NCBI GenBank assembly: GCA_963797095.1
Contig: CAWCNY010000003.1
Location: forward strand, 1 to 64,000
Direction: 5' to 3'
DNA from: an uncultured Chloroflexia bacterium
GTDB taxonomy: Bacteria; Chloroflexota; Chloroflexia; QHBQ01; JADMIH01
Length of the DNA stretch: 64,000 nt
This document shows positions 53,890 to 64,000 of this stretch, in pieces; position 1 is the stretch's first letter, and each line of letters starts with the position of its first letter. Made by a program: the position numbers and the translations under genes. Under the pieces are notes generated by a model that saw nothing but the letters and a program-made list of their open reading frames with translations, had not been told where the DNA came from and did not search any database.

Positions 53890-53996
53890 TCCAGCCGCCC
53901 TGAGGCCCCTTACCGACTTTGATGTTGCGGCGAATGAAGTAGCCTTCGTACCTCGTACCATTCCGCGATCAGTTGTTCCAGATGATTCGCCGCCAT
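53890..53996 (-). pseudogene. Frameshifted stub of a nuclease-like hypothetical gene
   Basis: Removing one G gives MAANHLEQLIAEWYEYEGYFIRRNIKVGKGPQGGW, with a GAGGGAG RBS. The E...A.W....GY....N pattern is typical of PD-(D/E)XK N-termini. Confidence 0.45.
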
Positions 53997-55119
53997 CCCG
54001 TCTCCCTCTGGCCGCCTGCAACCGTGTGCACCCCAACGGCCTAGAGCGGCTCCAACTTGGCCGCCTTTGCCATCAGCCGCCTCTTCCCCGCCGTCTTGAA
54101 CAGCACTGTCACAATCTGGTCCTGACCACTCGGCGCGACCTCCAGCACTTGGCCCTCGCCGAAAGTGGTATGCTTCACGCGATCCCCAACTCTGAAGTTG
54201 GCGGACATGGTCGGCTCGACAAAGCTCTGTTGCTGCGGCCTCGACGGGGTGGCGCCGAAGACCGGCCCGGAATTGGCGGTGGGCACTGGCGTCATCTGGC
54301 CGTCAGCGAGACGTGACGCCGACGCAAGGTGTTCACCGGCTGGCATAGCCGCTACCGGTCGTACGGTGGTTGTCGGCGGTGAAGCTGCCGCGCTGTGGGC
54401 AACTACTGCCGCTGGCTTTGCAGGCTCTGGCGTGGGTGCCTTGGCAGTGACTTGCGCCGGTGGGGACAACTTTGCCCCCATGGCAGGTTGAGGGTCCACC
54501 AGAGTCTGGTAGGCTTGGCCAGTGTCGATGGCCTGCTGCATGGCGTCATATATCTCCAGGATGACGCGCTTGGTGCGATACTCGCCATGCGCTGCTTCGT
54601 CCTTGCGCTTGACGATGGGGAAGGTCTCCATGATGTAGGCCACGTCATCGCGAGCGATACCGTAGAGGTGGAAGTAGGCGGCATCAAGCTCGCAGCGCAG
54701 CAGGAAGCGGCGCTCCTCGTCCCAATGGAAAGGCGGGCCGTCGTAGCCGCAATCTTTGGCGAACGGCTCTAGGTCGTAGGCGGTGTAGGTTAGCTCCAGC
54801 ACGCGGGGCAGTATCCAGTCGCGCAGCGTTTGGACGGGTTGCCAGAGGGCTGGCTGGAGGTAGTTTTCGGGCAGGAGGACCGGGAGTTGATTCAGGTAGC
54901 CGTAGGTGAGGTGCGTACCTCCTACTTTTTGCCGAGTTGCATAATCAAATGCAAATGCGGTCAGATTAGCCTGTAGATTTGCTGCTGAGAACTGAGTCGT
55001 TTGAGGGAGCAGCATGAGTGGGCAGGTGTGACCCACCGCTACCCTGGACGGGTGCATTTCAGATAGGGGGCAAGGTTTGAGATAATAGGAGGATCTTGCG
55101 CGTAGCATGGAGGCTCCTG

Positions 55120-56602
55120 ATGAAACGTACCCGAGAACAGATGAAGGCAGAGCTTATGGCACAGGCAGAGCAAGCAATTGAACAACTGATTGGCTGGTCA
55201 GCCGACACCCCCCAACCCACACTAGCTCAGATCGAGGAGGCGGTAGTGAAGCTGCGCAGGCAACTGAGTGAGCAGATGGCACAGGCGGTGCTGGCACAGC
55301 AAGAGGTCTCCACTCAGAATGTACCTGGCCCACCTTGTCCTGAGTGTGGGAGGGAGATGCGCTACAAGGGAGAGAAGGCTCACCCTGTGGAAAGCAGGAT
55401 AGGCACCATCAAAGTACAACGCTCCTACTACTATTGCTCCTACTGCCGTAAGGGGCTTTTCCCCCCTGGATGAGCAGTTGCACTTGTGGGACGTGCATTG
55501 GAGCGAATGGATAATCAAGCAGTCAGTATGGCTGGGAGGATTGGTGGACTTCGAGAGAGGGGCACAAATACTTGAGCAGATAGGAGGTGTGTCCATCTCC
55601 GACAGCACTGTTTGGAGGCTGTGCCAGGAGTGGGGTAGTAGCTTTGGAGAGGTGGAGGCTGCACGGTGGGTGGCAGCCAACTCCGCCAACGATGTACATA
55701 TACAGGTACAGGTCGAGAGGGAAGGTTCTAAGGCAGAAGGTTCCAACGCATTTGCGCCTGGGGTGCCTGGGGTGCCTGGGGTGCCTGGGGTGCCTGGGGT
55801 GCCTGGGCAATTCACAAAGATGGGTGCGAGTATGGATGGCGCTATGATCCATATTCGTGAGGAAGGTTGGAAAGAGTTGAAGGTGGGCTGCGTGTTCGAC
55901 ATTGAAGCTATGGAGATGGAGGCTGATAAAACGGAGCCTGCATTGGCCACTGAGTTTGAGGAGGAAGGAAGCGAAGATAGTCGTGCCCGTGCTACTAACC
56001 AAAGCTATGTAGCCCATCTAGGCGGACCCACCGTTTTCGGACAGATGCTATGGGGAGAGGCACACCACAGAGGGTGGGAGAGGGCTGATCACACGCTGGT
56101 AGTAGCAGACGGTGCCGCCTGGATTTGGAACCTAGCTGAGGAGCATTTGTATGACAGTGCTCAACTGGTGGACTGGTATCATGGAGCGCAGCACCTGGCC
56201 TCAGCATCTTTAGCAGCACACGAAGGCGATGCGGGCGCCTCCAAACAATGGCTAGAGGCACAGAAAAAGCTGCTATTTGAGGGTGGAGCAGGCTACTTGG
56301 CAGAGGTGCTAGCTGACTTGGCAGAGCGGCAACCAAAACAAGCTGAACAGCTAAAGGAGGAAGCGGGTTACTTCAGCAACAACGCACATCGTATGAACTA
56401 CTCCCAGATGCGCGAAGCGGGCTATCCGATTGGGTCAGGCACGGTGGAGAGCGCAGGCAAGCAGTTCAAGGCTCGCTTCGCCGGAGCAGGTATGCGTTGG
56501 AGCCGCCTGGGTGCCGAAAAGCTGTTGCCCGTGCGGACGGCAATCCTCAGTTCACGCTTCGATCAGTGCTGGCACCTGGTCTACAACTCGCCCCCTATCT
56601 GA
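55120..56602 (+). CDS. ISKra4/UPF0236 transposase in two frames joined at TTTTCCCCCC (about 55457-55466)
   Basis: CPECG and YYYC..C..G.FPLDEQL across the shift, then DGAAWIW, DWYH and GSGTVESA.K. Confidence 0.85.
55757..55807 (+). repeat. 9-bp tandem repeat (CCTGGGGTG)x5 plus a partial unit, encoding PGV repeats
   Basis: Seen directly. Confidence 0.95.
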
Positions 56603-59600
56603 AATGCACCCACCCTGGACAGCACGCTGGCTACAACTGTGCGCTCGTTGGTGGTATTGGTAATGTCGCGCCACCCGAGCAACCAACCTCTGTCCCACCT
56701 ACCCACCAGGCGAGCGTCTACCTCAGACTTAGGCACCCAGTACCGAGGCAGAACTACACAGTTGGGGTCGGCCAGTTCGGCGGAAGTCATATCACGAGTA
56801 TCCATCCCACTGTAGGTGGCCCAGCGATGGGTGAAGTGGTGAATCATCTTGGCTTCGTAGAGTGGCAAGTACTCCTGACCGGCCCTGCGAAAGATGTTAC
56901 CCTCTAACCCCCAGCCATCGGGTTCCAACTGCTCCCTCGTACGGAAAAGGCCACTTGCCGTATTCATCATGAACATAAGCAATCCTTGGAAGCCCCAAGG
57001 ATTGCCTTTTTCGCCTTTCGCCTCATTCACAAATACTGGCACTCGCCGATAGATTGCCTTCGTCAACTCAGCGTCCCGCTTGGAACGAAAGATCGCGCAT
57101 GTTCGCGTGTTGGGGTTAAGCAGGGCTATATCCTCAGCTGAGAGAGTGAACCGCCGTTGCTCTTCAGACAGATGCTGGACGTTCAGCGCAAAGAAGACGA
57201 ACTCAGCGCCGTTCACGGGTGCTCGACCCGAACCCGACATAGTGAGAAGACAGAATTTGTAACTGCGGTGAACACCAGGGAAGATTCCCTCACGGTTCTC
57301 AAAGTCGTAAAGACTGATGAGCGAGCGTGTGTCTATCAAGTTTTGAAAGAAGTACTGGTTGAAGGAGTCAGTTGCGATGCCACTAGGAGCGATAATACCA
57401 ATCTGCCCCTTAGGTGCAATTACCAAACGGTTCAACTCACAGAACAGGGGTGCCGTGTTCAATCGACCATAACTTGTCAGTGGATAACGCCCGCTATCGT
57501 GGATGAAATGCTGTATCCCCTCCATTTGACGAAGTTCTTCCGTATAATTGTGGTGCAGATGAGGATCTGATTCCTCAAGCTTGGCTATAGCCTTCTCACG
57601 TGCTGCCATGTGTTGAGCATTTGCGATAGCCGGCGCGCTGGAGGCAAAGAACTCCTGAGGATCAAGTTGTATCTGCTCCCATGGTGGGTTGCCCAGCATC
57701 ACGTCAAAGCCACCGACCCACCCTGCCTGCTCGTTGCTTGGTCCTTCTTCCCTGGCGACCGGGCGGAAGACGGTCGGAAACTGCAGGTGCCAGTGGAAGA
57801 AGCCATATTGCTGGTCTAAGCGCTCGATCTCCTCTTTGCGCCAGCCAGGTATCGCGTATGTGCCCTTCGCCCGTATGCGCCGGAACTCATCCTGGGTGAC
57901 TGGGTAGGAATCCTTTGTTTTCTTCCACACGAAGGCCGCGCACCAGGCGTTCGCCAGCAGGGCCATGTGCTCGTAGGCCGCCGAGTTGACCAGGTCTTCG
58001 TACAGCTTCTGCTTGCGGTGGATGTCGTCCGTGGTGTCGTCGGAATAGCTCTCGATATCGAGCATGGCCGCGCCCAAGTCGCCGAGCTGCTCGAAAGGCT
58101 CCTCCATATCGAAGCCCAGCAGCCTCTGCTGGCCGGTGCGCTCTTGCTTGTTCTTCTTCTTGTATTCCGAGCAAACCGCCTTGTCGTCGCCCTCTATCGG
58201 CTCGAAAGCTTCGTCGGGTATGCCCTCCTTCAGCAGGCGCGGAGTAGCGCCCAGCAGCGAGTTGCCGTGCTGGATGTGGTGGTCCAAAAAGGAGAGGGGC
58301 TTGCCAGGCTCCAGCGCCTCCATCCAGAGCGACACTTTGCATAGCTCCACTGCCATTGGGTTGAGGTCCACCCCAAAGATACAGCGCCCGATCACATCGC
58401 GAAGGGCCTTGCGGGTTGCCTCCGGCGAAGGCTCCTCGTCGCCCGTGCGTACAGCCCCCAGCCGCTTGGCGATGCGGTGGGCGGCGGCTATCAGGAAGTG
58501 ACCGCTGCCGCAGGCGGGGTCACACACTTTCAGGTCAAGGATGGCCTGCTCTGGGTTGGGTTTGCGGGCGGCCTCGTCCAGCACTGGGTCCAGCGCCGAG
58601 TCGAGCAGCGAAGTGATCAGGCTGGTGGGCGTGTAGTACGAGCCTGTCGTCTTGCGCTCGCTGCCGCTCACCGTCTTCAGTGAGAAGGTGCCGGCGTCAG
58701 CGTTCAGGTCGGGCTGCTGTTCCAGCAAGCTCTCATAGACGCTGCCCAGCTCCTCCGAGCCGATATTGCGGTAGTCCACGGGGCGCAGGGTGTTGGCGTC
58801 CACCGTGTAGGCAAGCTCGCGCACCGCCCCCAGCAGGTCGCCGTTGACTAGCTCACACCCCTCAAGGTCGGGCATCGCGCCGCTGCCGCCGTTGAGAAAG
58901 AGGAAGCTGTCGAGGGCAGGCAGGGCGAGGGCCGGGCAGCCGCTGTCGCTGCCTAACTGCTCCATCACCAGTCGCAAACCCTGGAAGAGGTCTGCATGGC
59001 GGGTACCTCGCCGGCGCGCCGCCAGGTTGCGCAGCCGGATGGTGGAGTAATAATCCATGTACCGCTTGCGGGCTTCGACCGAGGCCTTCGGGTCGAGCAG
59101 AAGCCCCCGGTCCTCCGCCGCGAACAGGAAGATCAGCCGGTAGACGAGACGCAACAACTGACGGTAATAGTCCTGGGCGCTCAAGTCGCCTGCTCGCAGC
59201 TTCTCGCGCAAGGGGCGGTTGGCCTGGTGCGAAAGAAAGCCACTTCCCAACGCATTTATGGCCGCCTCTACCCCGCTACGCAGTTGATCGAGAGCGCGCG
59301 TGCCCTTTTCCTGGGCCTCCTTCGACCACTTCTCGAGCCAACAGTCGGAAGTATATTCGCCCTCCACCCGCAACTCGTGGCACAACAGCCACAGCAGCAC
59401 GAAGTCCGAGTAGACCTCCCCATCCATCATCGATTGGAGGTCGAATTCCACGTATGCCTGGCGGGTGAGGCTCTTGTTGTCGCGCAGTATGCGCAACTGC
59501 CTGCCGTTCGACACAAATGCCCACAGGTGCTCTTCAGAGGCGTTCAGAAGCTCTTGCACCATGCTGTGAGGGCTAGAGCGCGCCGCGCCAGCTACACCCG

Positions 59601-60063
59601 CCGTACGCCTATCCAGGTCGATTCCCGCGCTCACAAGGTGAATAGGAACGTGACCCCAGGTATGCGACACAGGGTAACTCTTGCCGCCTACCTCTACTGC
59701 CCGGGCGGTTGGGAGGCGCCCGTAGCCAAGTTCCTGAAAGAGAGGGAGCAACCACTTCTCGCGTGTCTCGGATGTGCCTGGGTCGTCACTATGACGCTCG
59801 GCTATCGCCTTGAAGCTGGCCCATGCACCAAGCAGGTGGTTCCACGAGCGGTTGGTAGCCTCGTTTAGCTTCTCACCCCTTGGCAGGTGATAATCTTCGG
59901 GCCGGAGCCCGTCCAGGGATGGGTCACCGTCGCCGATCCGCTGCAACAGGTCGGCCGGCAGGATTGAGCCTTCAGTGTGGATAGTGGTGAAGATGTCCCT
60001 CTGTTTGGTCTGCATTACGTCAGGTCTCCGCTTCCAACGTTTAGTCGCAATTTGACAATTAAG

Positions 60064-60577
60064 TCAATTCAGATCAGATGTCAGATAGCTGAGGAGCGTG
60101 CTCCAGCTTCGCACCTTTTCAGGATAAGGTTTTACATACCGGCCCGGCGTGCCACTAGTCGACGACAGTTGAAATCACGTCAATATCTGCAGGCAGCTTG
60201 TATGTGATCAAGCTAGCGAACAAATCTGCTGCGGTAGATCCGTTCAGCGCTATGCACTTGATGCGCTGATGCTGCAAAAGGAACTCCTTGAGGTCATTAG
60301 GTTTGGCATTCCGTATGGCAAAATCCGAACTTTCAACTCGCTCACATTCACTGAGAACATCCCACAACGCGATACCCTTCTGCTGCAAGTAGCTGATACG
60401 CTGCTTATAACTGGCCTCCGGGTCGCTGTCAAAGACGCCGTAGACGATCCGCCAGAATTGGTTACGAGGATTGGCATAGTATTGCCGAAGCCGCAAGGAC
60501 TCGTCACCAGGCATCGTTCCCAACACCAGAACCTGAGATTGGTCGTCCACAACCGGATCCAGTGACCTGATCAACAC
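60064..60577 (-). CDS. DNA-deoxyinosine (hypoxanthine) glycosylase, UDG superfamily family 6-like; apparent +1 frameshift near 60172
   Basis: LVLGTMPG.ESL...QYYANPRNQFW, IALWDV and NG..A. The shifted frame gives LSSTSG...EK.RSW, the expected LPSTS-type C-terminal motif. Confidence 0.82.
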
Positions 60578-60612
60578 TAATCTCGCTCCTCTACCTTCTT
60601 TCTTCTTTCGCG

Positions 60613-63456
60613 CTATGCCTTCGGCAAGTAAACGTAGATCCCCAGTACGTCGGGAGGGAGTTGCGGCTCAACCCTGTAGCTTATCCCCTTCATGCGAGAC
60701 GCCGTACGCACTCGGCGATGGGCTTCCAGCAGTTCCTCCCCCCGCTCGATGGCTACTTGATCCAGACGGGGGCGCAACTCGTCAAAGCTAGCCATGACCT
60801 CACCTAGGAAATGGCTGGCGACGCCCGCGGGGACGTTGGCGTCGGGCTGCAGGTGTAATAATTCCTCTGCCCTCTTACCGTCTAGCCAGTTAGCACTCTG
60901 CGGAACATCCTCGAACGCCACTAGCTGGCAGTCCTCGGCAAGCAACGGCGTCTCTTCCGCGCCTCGCTGTGAAATGATGTGATACCGGAACCTGAGCAAT
61001 AAGAGCGTTGTGATCGTCGATACTTTGTGGGTCCGCATTACTCCACATCGTCGAGCCAGGCTCTCTCCAAGAGGATCGAGGGCTGTATCCATCACATAGG
61101 ATGCGAGGCCTTCTACTATAGGGTGCGTACGGCTCAGATATAGCTCTTGCTCCCCGACTGGAAGCTCGAAGCGAGCGGCGAACTTGGTGCCTTTCCCCCT
61201 CTCGATCCAGCGCGTGACGTCCATGGCGTCGCGCAGAGCAACCGGCACCTCGGTCAGATCAAAGTGGACCGACCCGTTCTGGCTGATGACAGCGCCTTGC
61301 GCGGCCAACGTCTCCTTGGTGAAGTTGGCGACATCTACACCCGAACCTATGGCAGCACGCACGTCTCGCAACTCGGCGGCTACCTCGTCCACCTTAATAC
61401 CTTCCTGGGCATACATAGTGTGCGAGCGCTTCTCACGCTCCTCGGCGGCATCCCATTGGGCCAGGATCTCTTTCTCCTGAGGTCGCAACAGGTCCTCGAA
61501 GCCTGGCATGTACATCTGGGTACTGCCCGTTTTTTCTCTCAGGAGTAGGCCTTCAAAGACTGCTTCCAGCACCTGGTCAGTATCAACTGGCACGGGCACA
61601 GAGATACCGAGCGAGCTTCGGATCATCTTGTGCTTGCGGATCAGGATTTCTAGGACAATGCCGTCTATCTGGTTATCGAGCCCATAGTAGGTAACCACAC
61701 GCACTGTGGGGCTCTTCTGGCCGTAGCGGTCCACTCGCCCTTCGCGTTGCTCGTGGCGGGTGGGATTCCACGCCAGGTCAAAATGCACAACAGCATCAAA
61801 GTGCTGCTGCAGGTTGATGCCCTCTGACAGACAGTCGGTACACACGAGAACGTGTTTGGGTGCCTCGGCGAGCTGCGCCACGCGCGCTTCTCGCTCGGCA
61901 GGCGGCAGTGTGCCGGTAACGGGGGCCACTTGCACATCCTTCGGCAGCCGCGCACGTAGTTCGGCGGCGACGTACTCTGCGGTCGGGATAAACCGGCAGA
62001 AGATAATCGGACGGTATCCTTCTTTCAGGAGCGATTGCACTATACCAACCGCTTTCTGCAGCTTGGCATCTTTCTCACCAATCAGAGCGTCGGCCTCACG
62101 AGCCATCTCAAGCAGCCGGCGACGGTTCTGTCCACCTACGCTCTCTTCTTCCCCCATGTCGCTGCCGGGCGTGAGGTCCATACCCTCAGCGGACTCTGCG
62201 TCCATCAGGTCGAGCACCGTACGACGCCCTATCTCGTCGGCCTCTTCAACTGTGTCGGTGTCTGCCGTGGAAGCTCGGCTGCGCAAGGTGGCGGCTGCAG
62301 CGGCTGGGCTGGACGCCAGCGAACGCAGGAGGGCTAGCGCTGACCACCAGCGTACCCGCTGCCGGTGTCTGCCCAGAGTGGTGTCCGCCACCGTTTCGCG
62401 GGCATAGCGTAGCACCTTTTCGAAGAGCCGCTTGTACTCTTCGGAGAGCTTGTAGCTAAGCTCCGTCTCCTCCCGCGCTGGGAAAGGAGTGATAGTATCC
62501 AGGTAGGCTTTGATGTCTCGTCGACGGCGCTGCACGAAGTGAGCGGCCAACTGACGGCGGTGGTGCTCGTTTTGAGGGCCGGAAAGGTCTTCGGGCAGAC
62601 CGGCGAAGTCGGGGTCCAGTAGGGTCAGGAGGGAACGGAAAGCCTCCTCGTTGCCACTGTGAGGGGTGGCTGTCACCAGGATCATATGCCGGTCCTTGTT
62701 GTGCGAAAGGCCTGATACAAGCTGATGGCGCTGGTGACGCCCGCCACCGCGCGCCTCTCCGCCAAAGGCGCAAGTATGGGCCTCATCAACGATCACAAGC
62801 TCTGGGCAAGTGCGTAGGAACTCCTCGCGGCGTCGGTCTGACTTGATGAAGTCGGTAGAGACGATCACGTAGGGGTACAGATCAAACAGCGACTGCCCAA
62901 GGCGGGTATTGCGCTCCAGCCTCGTGACGGTGCTTGGCAAAACGAGTTCAGCATCTATATGGAACTTATCGCGCAACTCCGCCTGCCACTGCTCGGCAAG
63001 CTGGGGCGGGCACAGTACCGCGAGCCGATCCACTTCCCCACGGTCGATAAGCTCTCTGGCTACAAGCCCGGCCTCCACGGTCTTGCCAATGCCGACATCG
63101 TCAGCAATGAGCAACCGAATTGGGTCCAGCTTCAGGGCCATGAGGAGCGGCACAAGCTGGTAGGGACGCGGCTCAACGCCTATTCGTGCGAACGATCGGA
63201 ACGGCCCAGCTGAGGACCGAAAGCCCAGCCGTACCGCATCGCGCAGCAGCCTGCTCGAGCGGTAGTCGCCCGGTTTCTGAGGGTCGGGGAGATCGAAGCG
63301 AGCAGGTTCCACCTTTTCTAGAGGCAAGTAGATGCCTGTTACCTCGTCATCGGTCCCACCTAGCGGACGAAGTACCAGCAGGTCATCTTCAGATTCTGGA
63401 AGGACTACCCATTCCCGCCCGCGTGCACGCACCAAGGAACCGACTGCGTAGCTCAT
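60613..63456 (-). CDS. SNF2-type helicase, DrmD-like
   Basis: GSLVRARGREWVV start, ADDVGIGKT, DEAH, TATPH, EGINLQ and WNP.R.EQREGRVDRYGQ. Confidence 0.88.
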   Translation of the reverse strand: MSYAVGSLVRARGREWVVLPESEDDLLVLRPLGGTDDEVTGIYLPLEKVEPARFDLPDPQKPGDYRSSRLLRDAVRLGFRSSAGPFRSFARIGVEPRPYQLVPLLMALKLDPIRLLIADDVGIGKTVEAGLVARELIDRGEVDRLAVLCPPQLAEQWQAELRDKFHIDAELVLPSTVTRLERNTRLGQSLFDLYPYVIVSTDFIKSDRRREEFLRTCPELVIVDEAHTCAFGGEARGGGRHQRHQLVSGLSHNKDRHMILVTATPHSGNEEAFRSLLTLLDPDFAGLPEDLSGPQNEHHRRQLAAHFVQRRRRDIKAYLDTITPFPAREETELSYKLSEEYKRLFEKVLRYARETVADTTLGRHRQRVRWWSALALLRSLASSPAAAAATLRSRASTADTDTVEEADEIGRRTVLDLMDAESAEGMDLTPGSDMGEEESVGGQNRRRLLEMAREADALIGEKDAKLQKAVGIVQSLLKEGYRPIIFCRFIPTAEYVAAELRARLPKDVQVAPVTGTLPPAEREARVAQLAEAPKHVLVCTDCLSEGINLQQHFDAVVHFDLAWNPTRHEQREGRVDRYGQKSPTVRVVTYYGLDNQIDGIVLEILIRKHKMIRSSLGISVPVPVDTDQVLEAVFEGLLLREKTGSTQMYMPGFEDLLRPQEKEILAQWDAAEEREKRSHTMYAQEGIKVDEVAAELRDVRAAIGSGVDVANFTKETLAAQGAVISQNGSVHFDLTEVPVALRDAMDVTRWIERGKGTKFAARFELPVGEQELYLSRTHPIVEGLASYVMDTALDPLGESLARRCGVMRTHKVSTITTLLLLRFRYHIISQRGAEETPLLAEDCQLVAFEDVPQSANWLDGKRAEELLHLQPDANVPAGVASHFLGEVMASFDELRPRLDQVAIERGEELLEAHRRVRTASRMKGISYRVEPQLPPDVLGIYVYLPKA

Positions 63457-63481
63457 GGTTTATCGACCCTCTCTACACTCT

Positions 63482-64000
63482 TTACAGCTTGCCGAAAATG
63501 TCAGGGTGCTTGGCCAGCACGGCGTCCCAGTCTTCGTTGTGTCCGAACCGTATAACCAGGTAACCTTTAGCCAGCATCTGCGCTCCCTGGGTGCGATCAC
63601 GCTCCTGGCGGTGCGGATAGTCGTGGATAGGGCCATCGATATAGATGGCGGTCTGCTCATCGTTATAGAAGAAGTCGGGTCGCGTGCCGCAAGCCTCAAT
63701 AAGCGTTTGCCCACTAGTTGGCAGCCGCAGGTTACGCTCTTCTATGTAGCGCAGCCACTTCTTCTCCAACTCAGAACCGGCTATTCGCATCAACTCCTCG
63801 ATATGCTCCTGCTTCGATTTGTGGGCGGGAGCCGCGTCAACGCTCGAGCGCGCCCACTGCATGAGTACGTCTCGTATGCCTTTGCGATCTAGCAGCCTGT
63901 GATCGCGCTGGTTACCGTAGCTCATCAAGCAGTCGTAGCAGGCAGCCTCGCAGTCTTCCTTGGCACGTGGCGCGTGGTGCAGGTCCTCTCCGGTGTCCGG
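63482..64000 (-). CDS. C-terminus of a DUF1998 (DrmB-like Zn-binding) helicase with a DUF559/Vsr-like nuclease domain; 5' part outside window
   Basis: CEAACYDCLMSYGNQ, then SELE..W, RPDFFY, IYIDGPIHD and GY.VIRF. Confidence 0.8.
   Translation of the reverse strand, partial: PDTGEDLHHAPRAKEDCEAACYDCLMSYGNQRDHRLLDRKGIRDVLMQWARSSVDAAPAHKSKQEHIEELMRIAGSELEKKWLRYIEERNLRLPTSGQTLIEACGTRPDFFYNDEQTAIYIDGPIHDYPHRQERDRTQGAQMLAKGYLVIRFGHNEDWDAVLAKHPDIFGKL

Larger units (their letters stand above)
55050..56611 (+). mobile_element. ISKra4/UPF0236-type IS (1562 bp) with 9-bp TSD ACCCTGGAC
   Basis: Perfect 22-bp IR GGGTGCATTTCAGATAGGGGGC. TSD at 55041-55049 and 56612-56620. Confidence 0.95.
54041..60015 (-). 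pseudogene. Large type IIG/DrmMI-like N6-adenine methyltransferase interrupted by ISKra4; C-terminal PcrA-like Tudor domain
   Basis: GSYYTP, DPACGSGHF, GVDLNP.AVEL, GNPPW and CELDAAYFHLYG. Removing the IS and one TSD copy restores ASVLSRVAVGHTCPL in frame. Confidence 0.88.

Noticed and set aside
1-64000. CRISPR array, rRNA or tRNA
   Set aside because: No regularly spaced repeat-spacer pattern, cas gene or recognisable RNA gene seen by eye. A covariance scan was not possible.

Overview
This is an accessory, IS-riddled bacterial region. A Chloroflexota-like host is my inference from style only. I found no rRNA, tRNA or CRISPR array. Four zones: (1) 1-10.6 kb holds nested ISKra4/UPF0236, IS3 and TniA/TniB-type elements that wreck a tyrosine recombinase-YhcG-pRiA4b module and a two-component system. 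(2) 10.6-22.5 kb is a first defence patch: an Hna-like helicase-nuclease coupled to a second nuclease, a PaeR7I/XhoI-type RM pair and an HsdR_N nuclease. It is followed by non-autonomous elements (IR-HTH-IR cassette, internally deleted group II intron, 181-bp MITE) and an IS982. (3) 22.6-42.9 kb is an 18-gene minus-strand catabolic cluster of unknown substrate (LeuCD-like, HpcH aldolase, FadR, two MmgE/PrpD, M24 hydrolase, Dpp ABC, two ureidoglycolate-lyase-like, D-glutamate-cyclase-like, deacetylase, HyuAB, CMD/AhpD). (4) 43-64 kb holds an IS21 with passenger genes and a second defence island. That island has a DISARM-related DUF1998 helicase/SNF2/N6-MTase module with an embedded hypoxanthine-type DNA glycosylase, and a two-gene split NLR-like pair (nuclease-NACHT plus stand-alone HEAT protein). 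The MTase carries a PcrA-like RNA-polymerase-binding Tudor domain. The split NLR pair and the MTase-Tudor fusion are the best novelty candidates. Several frameshifts fall in GANTC contexts and may be base-calling artefacts. All family calls come from motif recognition by eye, with no database searches.
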